A DNA stretch of 64,000 nt, taken from Chiloscyllium plagiosum. Taxonomy: Eukaryota. Position 1 is the first letter of the stretch. Each line of letters begins with the position of its first letter. Below are positions 51,424 to 63,810 of this stretch, in pieces. The notes below the pieces were generated by a model, which was not told where the DNA came from, did no database searches, and worked only from the letters and a program-made list of their open reading frames with translations. The stretch is taken from positions 9,464,938 through 9,528,937 of the forward strand of contig NC_057734.1 in assembly GCF_004010195.1 (NCBI RefSeq). Reading direction: 5' to 3'. The position numbers and the translations under genes were made by a program.

Positions 51424-51890
51424 CAGACGAACCTCGATTATCTGAATACCAATTATGTGAAAATCGGATTATGCCGACAGAAACATTACGTCAAAGACTT
51501 GTTTCCAACAGTGATCGTGTCTTTTGTTTGCAGTGATTAAATAGGGACCATCTCCAAATGAATGACCTCCCGCCCCCTCTCTCTCTCTCCACATTTTCGC
51601 TGGAGTTCTACAGAGGGTTGTACCCTAACAACTACCCCCTTCCCCAGATAATCTCTCCAACATTGTCCTGTACAGGGTAAAGGTGGAACGTGTCAAAAAG
51701 TTGCAGTAAAATGTTGTGTGTGCGCGCTATTTAGAGACTTACCCCACAACGGCAGCTGCAGCAGCAGCACTCTTGTTGTTGATGTCCAGTCCGGCCCCCA
51801 GAGGTGTTGGAATGGGTTGGGGCTCGGATAATTGATTAGCTGAACGCAATAGTGCCCGGCCATCTCATTCGGATAATCGAGGTTCCCCTG
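51424..51890. mobile_element. MITE, same family as 15454-16122
   Basis: TA|cagacgaacctcgattatc ... gataatcgaggttcccctg|TA. Confidence 0.9.
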
Positions 51891-53108
51891 TATTAAGTTT
51901 GACTGAGTCAAAACACTCCAAAAAGTTTCCAATTTAAAAGAACCTTTTACAGAGGATTCCAGAAGCGTAGGAGTTGTCATTACAAGTTTCAATTTCCTAA
52001 CCAGTTCCTATGGAGTCAGCCATTTAAGCATTCAGCATGGTCCGAAAGCATAGGCAAGAGTGGTGTAATTTCAACAGCTATTTGGCCATCGGAATAGCAG
52101 GATCAAAGCTTTGATCTGTACTGTGAGAGTTTTCTCTAGATTGTAAGGTACTAGTGCATGTATTCTGAAAGTTCCACTTTGCTATTCATTGAACACCTAC
52201 ATTAAAAAGAAGCACAAGCACCAGTACGGGCATGTCTCTTAAGGAAAATGTTGAAAAGGTTTCAATCTCAAAAGTATTAACTTGAATTCATGCATCCACT
52301 ATCATGACTCAGCATGCTCCAAACTGCTTGATATCCAAATAAAATACTTTTGAGATATAGTCACTGTACAAAGTAGACAATCACACCAGTTAATTCACAT
52401 ACAGCAATGAGATGATTGATCTCTTTTGATGATGTTGGTTTAGGGACTAATGTAAAGCATAACAATCAGAAAGCTTCCATGCTCTTCCTTCTTTAAGTGC
52501 CTCCCAGGAATATTTAAATCCCCAGGTCACAGAAGTGAATTTAGGAATCAACAGAAGCCTCCAGATTAACTTCTAAAAGAAATATTTTGAGCAATTTAAT
52601 TAGTCCACTTTTCAATTTTGGTAGTTTCACTTAAAGCAGATCATCAACTTCCAATTCTCAATTTTTAGCTTTTGGACCCACTTTCCTGCAAATAAATTTA
52701 TGGCACTTAATTATGGTTTCTCAGTATCATTTCAGCCCGTCTGGTGCACATGACCGGTTTGTTGATGTGACAAACCCCAACAAAAATTAAAACTAGTAAG
52801 ACCTAGACTGCTTAAATTAGCATCCAACAAGAATTATAACAAAGATCAGCAATCCCTGCACTTGATCAACCTGGTCCAAAGGAGTAACCAAAATTGGAGT
52901 TCTCGCAAGCTACGGATGGAGAAAGTGTTCCCAATCCATAAAAGGTATTTATGGACAACGGCCATAAAGTAACATAAGGCACGAGTCCAAGCACAACCTT
53001 GTCAGTGATAAATATTTGAAGCAAATTTCCAAGTATACTTGCAAGCAGGTCCAGAAAAGGTGCAACCAAATTGGACCAACTACCAATATATTAAAAACAC
53101 GTTTTTAC

Positions 53109-53256
53109 CTTTGTGTAATTCATGATTAATTGCAATTTCTGCATTGTTGCACAATGGTAATCTTCGATCTTTTCCAATTATCTGGCCATTCAGGAAGGTA
53201 CCATTCGAACTGTGATCTTCAATAAATACTACGAATGTGCTTCCAGGGCCCTTTTC
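53109..53256 (-). CDS. CHEK2: CHEK2 coding exon 3 (FHA)
   Basis: 148 nt EKGPGSTFVVFIEDHSSNGTFLNGQIIGKDRRLPLCNNAEIAINHELHK. Confidence 0.96.
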
Positions 53257-54246
53257 CTAAGTAAGACCAGGAAATAAATTCTGAAACGGAGGTGTACGCT
53301 TTCAATTATTGAACTGGTTTGCTAAAATTGCTGGAAGTAGCACATCTATACCAATGCTACACATTCCATTTTGTATATGTGAGCTAAAGTGTAACGGTGT
53401 GCTTCCACCCACAAAGTCAGCCAATGTTAGCATTGGTTATTCTAAGCTTATACAGGAATACAGGTAGAATAGCAACAATCAAACCAAATGGGCAAAAAAT
53501 GTTGCATTAATTGATTTTTAAATTTCGTTTGGAATTCCCAATGATTTTAACTGAAGCTGTTAAAAGTTCATCATTTCAGAAGGATATAAAAGAGGCATTC
53601 ACCCCAGGACACCAGTCACTTTAAAGGATGCATAATTTCAAAATGGACTAATATGGCTGTACCAAATAAACCATATCTACTGAGATTAGATGAGCTGCAT
53701 TTCAACAGGTCTTGGTTTGTAATTCCACTGTATGACACGATGTTTCACAAACCTCAGGAAGTATTGGTAAGCAAATTAAAGTAGTAATTACAATTACTAA
53801 CTTTATAAACGTATACTGATCGCAATACAGAATTTCCAAGTTTGTGATTTTTGTTTAAGAAAGGAACCACCATCTTTGGAGTTAGGGGAGAAAACTGGCA
53901 GAAAACTAGCCCTGGGTGAGGCAGTCTCTGCATCACTAGTAGCCTGAGTATTAGTTTTCCAAATAGCAACGGTTGACAGATTCTGCAGCTGTGTGGGGCA
54001 TCACAGCAATCACAATCAGGTTACTTTTCTTGCACGTATGCTCAAACAAGGACATATTTTAAAAAGGCAATCAAATCAATTTTGTTCAAATATGAATCAA
54101 TATTACGTTTCTTAGTTTTCATATACAGAATATGATTCAGAACAATAGGTCGTATAAACTGACATTCAGATTCTATTCAACCGGACTCAAAAGGAAACCT
54201 TCAAATGTCTTTTTATAGTCCTAGCTACAGTGTTGTCATAGCTTAC

Positions 54247-54371
54247 TCTGATAATTCTGCAGTGTTTCTTGCTGTACGATTTGAAGTGCTCCTTCCTCTT
54301 CAACACTGGATGATCAAAACAATAGTGACATGATTTATCCCTTCCGAACCAGTACTCGTTATCTAAGCAAT
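54247..54371 (-). CDS. CHEK2: CHEK2 coding exon 2 (FHA)
   Basis: 125 nt (D)[41 protein letters not shown]; FHA GR and SxxH motifs. Confidence 0.96.
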
Positions 54372-54569
54372 CTGTGACAAAAAAAAAAGACGTGATTGGA
54401 TGGACAAATCCATGTCTCTAAAGTTCTCAAATATCTTTCCACAAGATATACTCTCCTAGAATAATCAATGCAAATCAAAACTCGGATAAATAAAAAACAT
54501 TTTTGAGTGAGGTGCTGGAGGGTGAATGTGCTCACAGAACCATACATTAAGACAAGCCCAACGAAAAAA

Positions 54570-54785
54570 ATCAGAAACAAAAACAGAAATCGCTGGAAAA
54601 CCTCAGTGGGTCTGGCAGCATCTGTGGAGACAATACAGAATTTCCATTTTGGTCCAGTGATCGTTCTTCAGAACCTTCAGTGCTTTCTCTGCACAAACAC
54701 TGCCAGACCTGCTGAGCTTTTCCAACAATTTCGGTTCTGGTTTCTGACTTCCAACATCCATGGTTCTTTGGTTATTTTTGTCTAA
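54570..54785. repeat. Penelope-derived inverted-repeat element (second subfamily)
   Basis: aaacagaaatcgctggaaaacctcagtgggtctggcagc ... tgccagacctgctgagcttttccaacaatttcgg; related single arms at ~25000 and ~44940. Confidence 0.7.
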
Positions 54786-55499
54786 TAAAAATCACCCAGG
54801 TTTGGAAGAAATTCTTACATACAAACTGTCACTAATTGAATTAAGTTAATCGGCCATGAGCAACATTTCTCTGCAAATATTCTTAACTCAGCATTGAGCC
54901 AAATAGCTAGTGCTCCTCATCTGACCTCACCACAAGTTTCAAGCTGTCAATGAACAGCAGCTAGCCACCAAATATCATTAAGTGTACAAAAATAAAAACA
55001 GGAAACAAAGCATATCTGAATATCTGACTTCAAAGTATTATATACTTGTCAAAGTACACAAGGCTTTTCAAAATCATTTCAATAACTACCCTCATGTTTA
55101 AATAAATCAAAAAGGAAAGAAGTTTAAAAAGATGGTTAATTTAAGGTGTCTCTCACTGTTGCAAGCCAGCTGCTTCGTCAATTGCTAACACACAAGATTA
55201 GGACATTTGCTTGATGACACATTTATTTGCTCACTCTTTGCTTCCTCAATCTGGCTCAAACAGAAACATCCAATTAAAACTTGGTCAAAAACGGACACTA
55301 CATTATTAGCCTGTAAAATTTTGAAAACAGAAGCTCAACAATATGAAATGAACATTGAAGGTTAGTATCAGTGCTTCAAACCGGTTTATATCTAAAATAT
55401 GTTAATTTATTACCAAAAACTTCTACACAATGTCAAGACCATTTTCAGGACAATTCCAAAACTGTTTATTACTCCATGTTTCTGGATCAAAATGTTGAT

Positions 55500-56035
55500 C
55501 ATTAGAACATAATATCGAGGAGCAAGAAGAGGCCTACTCATGCCTAATTCACCACCTCACACCTGCTCCACCATTTGATATGATCATCACAGCCTCAACT
55601 CCACTCTCCTGCTAACTCCCCATAATCCTTCAACCCATTACTAATTAAATATCTGTATATTTCCTCAAAATTATTCAATGTCCCAGCATACATCCTGTGC
55701 TGAAGTAGTGAATTCCAGAAAGTCACAATAGAGAGAGAAGTAATTCCTCTTGATCTGTTTTAATTACTACCCCTTATCTTAAAATTATGACATTGTTTTA
55801 GATGGCCACACAAGGAAACATCCTTTCTACATCTACAACCCCCTTAAGCATCCTTTACATCTCAATATGACCTGCTCTTTCTAAACTCTAGAGAGTTTAG
55901 GCCTGAAGTGCTAAATCTCTTTTTACAAGACAAACTCCTCATCTGTGAAATCAACCTAGTGAACGTCCTCTGAAGTGTCTGCTTCCTCAAGCATGGGGAC
56001 CAAAATTGTGCACAATATTTCAGGTACTGTCTTTT
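55500..56035 (-). mobile_element. degenerate CR1 3' fragment
   Basis: ORF 55862-56095(-) YLKYCAQFWSPCLRK..LQRTFTRLISQMRSLS..GLNSLEFRK. Confidence 0.8.
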
Positions 56036-57557
56036 GTTTTTCAGCCTATTCCTCCTTCCAACATATGATTTATAGTGTCTTTCTTTCCACAGCACTACTC
56101 AAAAATGAACAAAAATTAAATTATAAAAAGTATTATTGTTACTTTAAGCTTCATTTTGCACTTGGGAGGTTTATCAGACAAGATTCAATGTACAACCTTT
56201 GTATTGTAATACCTGAACAATGTTCCAAAATATTTATATTACTGCAGAGATTAGGGACCTGCAATACTTTACTACTTTCCTTTTCATAAATGAGAATTTA
56301 GAAACAAGCACATGGCCCTTTCAGGTACTGACTCCTTAGGTAAACAAATACAGTGTGATATTTATAATTTCAGACATCTGATTTCATTTTTCTCAACTCA
56401 GAACAAGTCTCAAGCTATCACTTCAATAACATTACTATTGTACCAACATAACACCACCGAGATCTCTATGTTATTTATAGCCATGACAAAATTCAATCCA
56501 CACAATTTATACATTTTATATAATCAATTCTCTGTACCACCACAACCTTCTCCTCTCATGTCTTTATGGCATTTACCCCTCGACCAACTTCAGTTACACC
56601 AACTACTCAGTAAAAGGAGAAACCTCAAATTAAAACAGCTGACTAGAAATTACAGCTGTTTTGGGGTACTGAATGGTAACTTAAATCACCACAAAGAAAA
56701 TGTAGGGTGGTTAGTGAGCTGGACACAATACCCATCACATTGATAAAAGTTTTAAAACCCTGGTGTACAATGCCCACACATGGAACAGGTTACAAGCATT
56801 TTGAATTTGAAATTCAAGGGCCTATTGACAATACTGACCCTCCCAGTCCTGCAAGAAAGACTACACTCAGGCAAAACTTGAATGGGCAACATATTAGACT
56901 TCAATTAACAAGGGAGCTTTAAATATTTATTTATCCGACTATAAAGCCTTCGGATAGTACTATCGCCTTTTATTGTAAATGCACATAGCAATGTTGCTTT
57001 TATTTTCATCATAAAGGGAATACTGCATTCTGTAGGTGTTTCTTTTATACTTGAAGGTTTCTTAAAAATAATCTAGCTGACATCAAAAACAGTGAAAATT
57101 GAAAATAAATGAAAAATAGTCCAATAATAGAATCAGATTTGCTACAGTTTATGAGCAATTACTGCAAAATTCAATTTAAGCTTCCAGTTTAGAAACATCT
57201 ACACCACTTTACAAGAATTCAGAGCAGACTTCCCTACAGGAGTATTGTTTGGCTGACTTTCCCCTTTGTGTCAATACAAAAAGGTCGAATGAAAAAAAAA
57301 GGGCAGAGGCCGAGGTTCAAGTTCTACCTGTTTCAGAAGTGTGTAATAACATCTGGGAACGGGTTGATCAGAACATGCCTAACTACCAGTCCAAACTCAG
57401 AAGCTCAGGTCAGCACAACTCTTAAGCACCTAAAACACGTAGGATAGATCAAAACTGAAGTGATGCTGGCTCTTGCCATATCCATAACAGTTGATACCTT
57501 TCAGAATCAATTGCCTGAAGCACAAGTTCTACAAGGTTTTGTTTTAAAGGTACTCAC

Positions 57558-57780
57558 CAAAGTTCCAAAATCCTTTTTCTAGCGCCCAGAGGCGTCCCCA
57601 AGGTTTAGGCAATTCTTCCACTTCTGGAATGGTAGCAAGATCCTGGGTAGGGTTGGAATCCAGGATGACAGTGCCTGCTGAGGATAGGCTGCTCGATCCA
57701 GTGCCGCTGGTGGACGAGGCGGACTGGGACTGACTCTGGGACTGTGATTGGGATGTGCTGGTAACGGTCTCCTTCGACAT
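57558..57780 (-). CDS. CHEK2: CHEK2 first coding exon (SQ/TQ cluster); spliced CDS 1563 nt = 520 aa
   Basis: MSKETVTSTSQSQSQSQSQSASS...NPTQDLATIPEVEELPKPWGRLWALEKGFWNF, donor G|gtgagt; TQ equivalent to human Thr68; all 14 exons splice in frame. Confidence 0.95.
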
Positions 57781-58499
57781 TGTAGGTTTGAGACCAAACA
57801 AAAATGATGATAACAATAGAAGAGCTTGAGGAGGTGGGGGAGGCGAGAATGAACCACTCTCCGCAATTCTCGGCGACGTGGTGAATTAAAACAAAAGATG
57901 TTAAACCCCACTTTTTAAAAAAAAAAGAGCAGTGGACATAAACTATGGGAGATTTTCGGTGAAAATGGTCATTGTTTATTCTGCTGCATTAAAAAGAGTT
58001 GGTGCTAAATCTCAACCCATCGCAACTCGGTACTGAGTTTGCTTCCCATCGGCAAAACAAAACAAAAACCTAACTGAATGGAATCAAACGCCAATTAGGC
58101 ACATATAAAAGGTCCAGGTGTGGACAAAAAGTGTAAATCCACATCAATGGCAATAGATGAAAATAATATAAGGGAAGGCTGACAAGGTCCCCAGAAAGTG
58201 TCTTTCTCCAAGAGACCAACTCAGTCTCAACCTCTTCAGGGCAACGTGTACAATTAACCCTATCTTTCCGCAGTATCTAACACACAAACATCTTATGTCC
58301 TTTACAGATATAGAAAGAGATTTCGCTTTAAAGCTGTTTACATCCCTCCCATTCTCCCGCCCGAAACCCAGACATGCTGCAACCACGCCTTTGACTATCA
58401 CCTTTGACCTCCCTCCCAACTGCTACCCACGGCGCGAGCAAAATATTTTTATCATTCTATCATATCTTTGCGGGCAAACACAAACCACTCCGACATTAT

Positions 58500-58920
58500 G
58501 ATTCTAAACCCTCCTTGGATTCGTAAAAGTTTTATTTATCTCCCGCCCCCAAAAAAGCGTGGCTGCTGACGCAAGGAATTCTGGGGAAGGGGGTGACGGT
58601 TGGGCTTTGACCGTTATATTTTTCAAAAAAACGAGGACGGGCGATGGTTTGGATTCGACTTTTTTTCGACGTCTTTCGCATCTGCGGTTGTTAAAAGGAG
58701 GTGGGAATAACTTTTGGAAAGGCGGAACTTTGGGAAAAGTGGATTGTTTTCGGTCGCCATGGCAACCGGGGAGCCCATCGAACTTGCTGCTTCGCCTCAA
58801 GTCCCGCCTCAGAGACTCCCATTGGTCAATTGATCACGTGAATGTCAATAATCGGAGCTTCTATTGGTTAACCCGGGTGCCAGTCATTACACGGGCGGGG
58901 ACCGCTTCACCATCAAGGCA
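58500..58920. promoter_or_regulatory. CpG-rich divergent promoter region
   Basis: GC boxes (~58542, 58893), X-box GTCGCCATGGCAAC 58753-58766, ATTGG at 58821 and 58863, TCACGTGA 58834-58841; lies between the CHEK2 start (-) and a + strand ATG exon. Confidence 0.75.
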
Positions 58921-59111
58921 GGTTGAGGGGTTGTTTGGGAGGTATGGCAATGACCTGTATCCCCCTTATCTGGGGGGCGAGAAACGGGATTGTAAACAAC
59001 AACAATAATAATGTTGTTATTATAATTTTTGGAGGAAGAGTAGTTTACGCTGTCAGATATTGGAGATTGATAGTTTTTTTTTGTTTGAATTCTGCTCTCA
59101 GTTTGAAGGCA

Positions 59112-59315
59112 ATGGTGCTCACCGAGAAATCTTCCGAGGAAGATGCTGATGCTGGGGCAGAGGCGGGAGAGGGAGAGACTGATAAGGTGGATAAAACAGA
59201 AGGAGTTCAGAAGGTTCGTGCAGCAGGTGTTTACCTACATCAACTCGGGGGTGTCAGCAGCAAGCCCCCCAGCAGACCCCGCAACTCTTACAGCAGGGGC
59301 AGCGTCGACTTCAAA
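59112..59315 (+). CDS. putative first coding exon of an unidentified gene
   Basis: acceptor ttctgctctcag|59102, gcaATGG Kozak, MVLTEKSSEEDADAGAEAGEGETDKVDKTEGVQKVRAAG...SRGSVDFK, donor aaa|gtaggt (alternative donor aag|gttcgt ~59213); no further exon identified. Confidence 0.45.
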
Positions 59316-60344
59316 GTAGGTTCGATGTGTTATTCTGTGCATATATTCCCGCATGTCATAGCCTGGGCCAGCATTTGTTGCCTGTCCCTTTTTTTTGTAT
59401 TTAAGAGCCAACCGCGGGAGTAGAGTCACAGGTAAGGTCTCCATGTCTTATCAGAGCATCGTGCTGCTCTCCTCTTAGAAACAAAATTCAATAAAATTTA
59501 GAGGAGACCACCAAAACTGGAAACAAGACAATTTATTACAATTTATTGCACGTATCTCAATGTTCCCCTTTGTAACTTCTTTCATTATCCATAGGTACAT
59601 TCCATTCTTGTACATACATCTTAACAATGTATCTTTTTCATGTTTCGCTTATATGTTTCAGTAATCTTAGCTTTTTGCTGAAACTGTTGTTTTAAACATT
59701 ATGGTAAAAGGAATTATTTTCTTTAATAAATCTACATTGAAGTTAGTACTTAACTATCCATAATTATGCACTGAAAAGTAGAGATACTCTTCCCTAAATA
59801 CCTGCAGAGTTAATAGTTCTCTTGCTGTACCCCTTTGCTGTATGCTTTTTCTATATCTGCAAAAACAACACTTTTCCCCATTTCTAACAATGGTGAGTGG
59901 TGGCATAATTGGAGGGTCACCATCTTTCAGGTGAGGAGAGAGATTGAGAAGGAGAGCCCTTCATGGTAAGCTCAGCCAGTGTGGAAATTGAGCCCATGGT
60001 GTTGATATCACTCTGTGTGTTGCAAACAAACTGTCCAGCTAACTGACCCAAGTAGGCCAACTGACAAGTGCAACAATTATATTTTTATTTGTGGGTGTCG
60101 GCTGGCTGTGCCCATCCCTCATTGCTGTAGGTATAGAGTCGCAGGTAAGCCAGACCAGGTAAGGATGATGGATTTCCTTCCCTAAAGTACATTATTTAAC
60201 AAAATGTTTGTTTTTTTTAAATGGCTATCAACAGCAGTTAACCTGGTCAACATGTTTTACAATGATTTCACATTTCACCATCTGACATGGTGGGAATTGA
60301 TCCTTTGTCCCCAGAAATTAGCTTGGGGTTCTAAATTACCAACT

Positions 60345-60545
60345 CAAGTCCTTTCCTGACCTGACCCAGGGCATCTGGCCTGTCCCTCCATTAAGATCAA
60401 AGGAGAAGTCCTCCCAAATGTGGAACAATTCCCCAACCTGGAGAGGCACTTGTCATCTAAGGCAGACATTGATGCGGAGATCCACAAGTGCTGCCTTCGG
60501 ACGAGTGTCTTCAACAGCCACGATATCTGTACTGATACAGAAAAC
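60345..60545 (+). mobile_element. RTE-clade LINE fragment
   Basis: PSIKIKGEVLPNVEQFPNLERHLSSKADIDAEIHKC resembles the RTE/BovB motif F.YLGS.LS....ID.EI. Confidence 0.65.
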
Positions 60546-60984
60546 TTATCAATAACTAGCATCTGTGGGCATAGGAGTGTGCTGGTTGTTCAAATATTCC
60601 AACTGATTATGTGAATCTCTTGATCAGTGTAAAAACACACACTAAGAAATAGAAACATAATGCAGGAGGTATACACATCACTGTTATACTTTACTTGCAG
60701 CATAAATCACTTAAATAATGATGCAACCTAGCCTTAAATAAAACTTAATGGCAGCGAGCCTTCTCACTCTCAGCCTCAACTGGCTACTTGAACGTTGCGG
60801 AGATTGCGATAATGCAGTAAACTTAGGGTATTTCAAGGAGGTTATTTTTTGCCGGTTTATTGAGAGTGCAAGTTCATAAGGTTTGCTTAAAACAAAGTTT
60901 GCTATGCTAGGATCCTCAACTATGAGGCAGTCAGTGTTCAAATTTTTCTATATTGTTTAGAAATTTGGACTACGTTTTTCATCC

Positions 60985-61110
60985 ATGAAGGGTTCAGAAA
61001 AGATTACAAGGATTGCCAAGTTTGGAGGATTTGAAATATCGGCAGAGGCCAAATAGGCTGGGGCTTTTTTCCCTGGAGCGTTGGAGACTGAGGGGTGACC
61101 TTATAGAGGT
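60985..61110 (+). mobile_element. CR1 fragment cut by the LTR element
   Basis: gaagggttcagaaaagattacaagg...gacttatagagg-like sequence matching 5192-5320, ends abruptly at the LTR. Confidence 0.8.
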
Positions 61111-63810
61111 TGTTATGAAGATGTGGGTGTACTGTACTTTTAAGAAAGTTAAAAGCCACTAGAACTGCCTGACAGCACCAAGTGTTCTGAAAAAACAGGT
61201 TACATTTGGTGGAACAACTGGATTAGCTGGTTGCCTGGAGACAAAAACAGATACAAAATCGGCCAATCAGTTTAAATTATACCATGAAAAATACCAAATT
61301 CCAGTCATTTGAATTTAGTATGTTGACAATCTTAAAAGCCAATGACACAATCTGATGCTTTGGGGATATATGACCAAGGAAAATTGAACAGTTGAGAGGA
61401 GAACTGCCAAATACCCACTTGTAAAGACTGCCACAAAAATAGCTCTCTTAAAGGTACCTTTATTGATCGGTAACCTGTGAAGCAGAGTCCCCAAGAAGAA
61501 GACAGGAATACAGAGAAAACTGAAAGCTGCCTGGTTTTGAGATAAGAAGTTTTGTTTTGTAAATCTTAATCAGGGGGTGTTATCGGACTAATATTACAGA
61601 GGGAAGATAAAAGCTAGGTTAGAGGAAGGAGCTGTAAGTAGTTGTTTACTGATTACGGCATAGGATAAATCTGTTCTGTTTTGCTGGTTTAAATTAAGCA
61701 GGAGGGTTTACCCCATGTCGTAACAGGTTGGGGGCTCATCATCGGGATTTGAACTGATTTAGACAGATTTGAATAGGTTTGGGGGTACATAAAATCCCAG
61801 CAAATTTAAACACCTGCAGGTTAGTGTCCTAGATCTTTAAGTAAATGTTAGGAGAAACAATTTGTTTCCTTTGGTGGCTTGTGGTTGATTAAAGTAAAAG
61901 TGAGAGAAATGGCTCTTAAAATTGCTAAAGAGGTTCTGGGATTTGAAGGTGATTTTCAAATTTGCCAAGAAAGTTTAGAAGTTTTAACCAGGGTTTAACC
62001 AAGGACAAAAGTAAATCTGAAATTTTAAGGGAATTACTCAAACACTTAGGTGTGGTCCAAGGATTTATGGATAATGCTTGGTCAGACTAAACTGGTAGGC
62101 CGAGCTAGTGAAGGTATTTGCCGCATTGTCAGAATCATAGAATCCCTACAGTGTGGAAACAGCCATTTGACCCAACCAGTCCACACCTCAGAGTATTCCA
62201 CCCAAACCCACTCCCCTACCCCTATTACTCTAGATTTCCCTTAACGAACACACTTAACCAACACCTCCATGAACACTACAGGCAATTTAGCATGGCTAAT
62301 CCACCTAACCTGCACATTTTTGGATTGTGGGAGGAAACTGGAGCACCTAGAGGAAACCTATACAGAGACTGGGAGAATGTGCAAACTCCAGAAGGGTCCC
62401 TGGCACTGTGAGGCAGCAGTGCTAACCACTGAGCCACTGTGCAGCTGGGTTTTTTTTCTCCCCCCCTTTTTCTATTCCTAATCTTTCTAAAGTATATGCA
62501 GGTATATATTGTTTACCACTGTGACTCAGTTGAGAGAGTTATTAAGGGCTCTCTCCACAAGTCAAAATGTCTTCTCTGGATCTGTTTGATCCAAACTGCC
62601 TACAGACAACAATCAAGGTCTTCAGGAAATTTGTTGGGAATTCCACAATTAGAGAATATTCTGGAATGGCAACAGGAAGCAGCAGCCTTTCCCTGAGGAT
62701 TGGCTGTGAGTGTAGCAGGTTTATTTACTTGAAAATCCTGCTTTATGCCACCCATTGCCCTCCTCAGAGGCATATTTCTCTCAAAGCAAGCCACGTTCTG
62801 TCCACTGTTCTCTGACAAGAACACTGCCTCCCCCAACACTGCGCTCCTCTCACTATCAACCAGTCCGGGCCATATACACATAGAGTTGCGTGCAGCCGGT
62901 TTCTGTGGAAATGCATTCAAGTGTGTTTCAGATGCCTGGGGACAAGAGAGAGGGAGTTGGGCCAAGAGGGAGGCTCAGATAGCAGAGTGTTGGAAAAAGA
63001 CAGAGCAGTGCCTGACACTAACACTACAACATGTACCTTCACATCCCTGTCCCTCTCTCTGTCTCAAATACACAGACCCCAAGAAATCCAAACTTTGCAA
63101 TCCTCCAGCTCAGCAGCCCAGCCCTTCCTGGAGTGATTACCTCCCTCTTCCTGGTACTCACTGTGTGACAGGGAATCCTTCTTGCTGTTCTCGGAGTCTA
63201 GGAAGAGGTGAAGATGTTGTGTATTGAGCTGTGCCCACTCCAACTGCATTCCCCCACCGTCATGGCATCACTCTCTATATCTCTCTAATACACAGTATCT
63301 GCATGAAGCAATCAAGGCCTTCTTCTGCTCCACAGCAGTTTGCCCAGGTGCTCGAACTGCAAGGTCAGTGGAAAGTGCCCAACTCCTTCTGACCTCTGGC
63401 TCTGCCTGAGGCGAGTCCCCCGCAGCAAACCAGCAGCTTATCTGCATATTCGGATGAGATGTCAAGAGATTATGAAGAGGTTAAACAGGCTATTTTAATT
63501 GCTTATGAATACTACCAGAAGCATATACACAGTGGTTCAGAAACTTAAAGAAGGAACCAGGTCAGACTTTCGTTGTATTTGAAAGAATTAAGCATAGTCA
63601 TTTTGATCGATGGGTGCATGCTTTCAAAATAGATAGGACCTTTGAGGCTCTAAGAGAAATCATTATGCTGGAGGAGTTTAAAAATTCCTTCCAGAGATGG
63701 TAAGAATTCCCGTGGAGGAACACAAGTTCAGGAAGTGAGAAGGGCAGCAGCATGAGCAGATGAGTACACATTGGTGCATAAGACCAGCTTCTGGTCAGAG
63801 GTTTGTCCTG
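61111..63810 (+). mobile_element. Gmr1-like Ty3/Gypsy LTR retrotransposon: 5' LTR (61111-61725), tRNA-Pro PBS, decayed SCAN-like gag
   Basis: TGTTA...TAACA termini; PBS tgggggctc-atcatc-gggatttgaac versus tRNA-Pro complement TGGGGGCTCGTCCGGGATTTGAAC; gag pieces LWIMLGQTKLVGRASE (62065-62115) and YEEVKQAILIAYE/PEAYTQWFRNLKKEPGQTF..FDRW..LREIIMLEEFKN (63470-63690). Confidence 0.85.
62132..62443 (-). mobile_element. HE1-like V-SINE inserted in gag
   Basis: gtgaggcagcagtgctaaccactgagccactgtgc head, gtgggaggaaactggagcacc V-domain, agaatcatagaatc tail. Confidence 0.88.

Noticed and set aside
58559-59008. 149-aa + ORF over the promoter
   Set aside because: GTG start, overlaps a dense cluster of promoter motifs, no recognisable domain; likely chance in GC-rich DNA
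60701-60827. Possible second exon of the + strand gene (ttgcag acceptor, gg|gtattt donor)
   Set aside because: Stops in all three frames shortly after the acceptor; cannot be supported as coding
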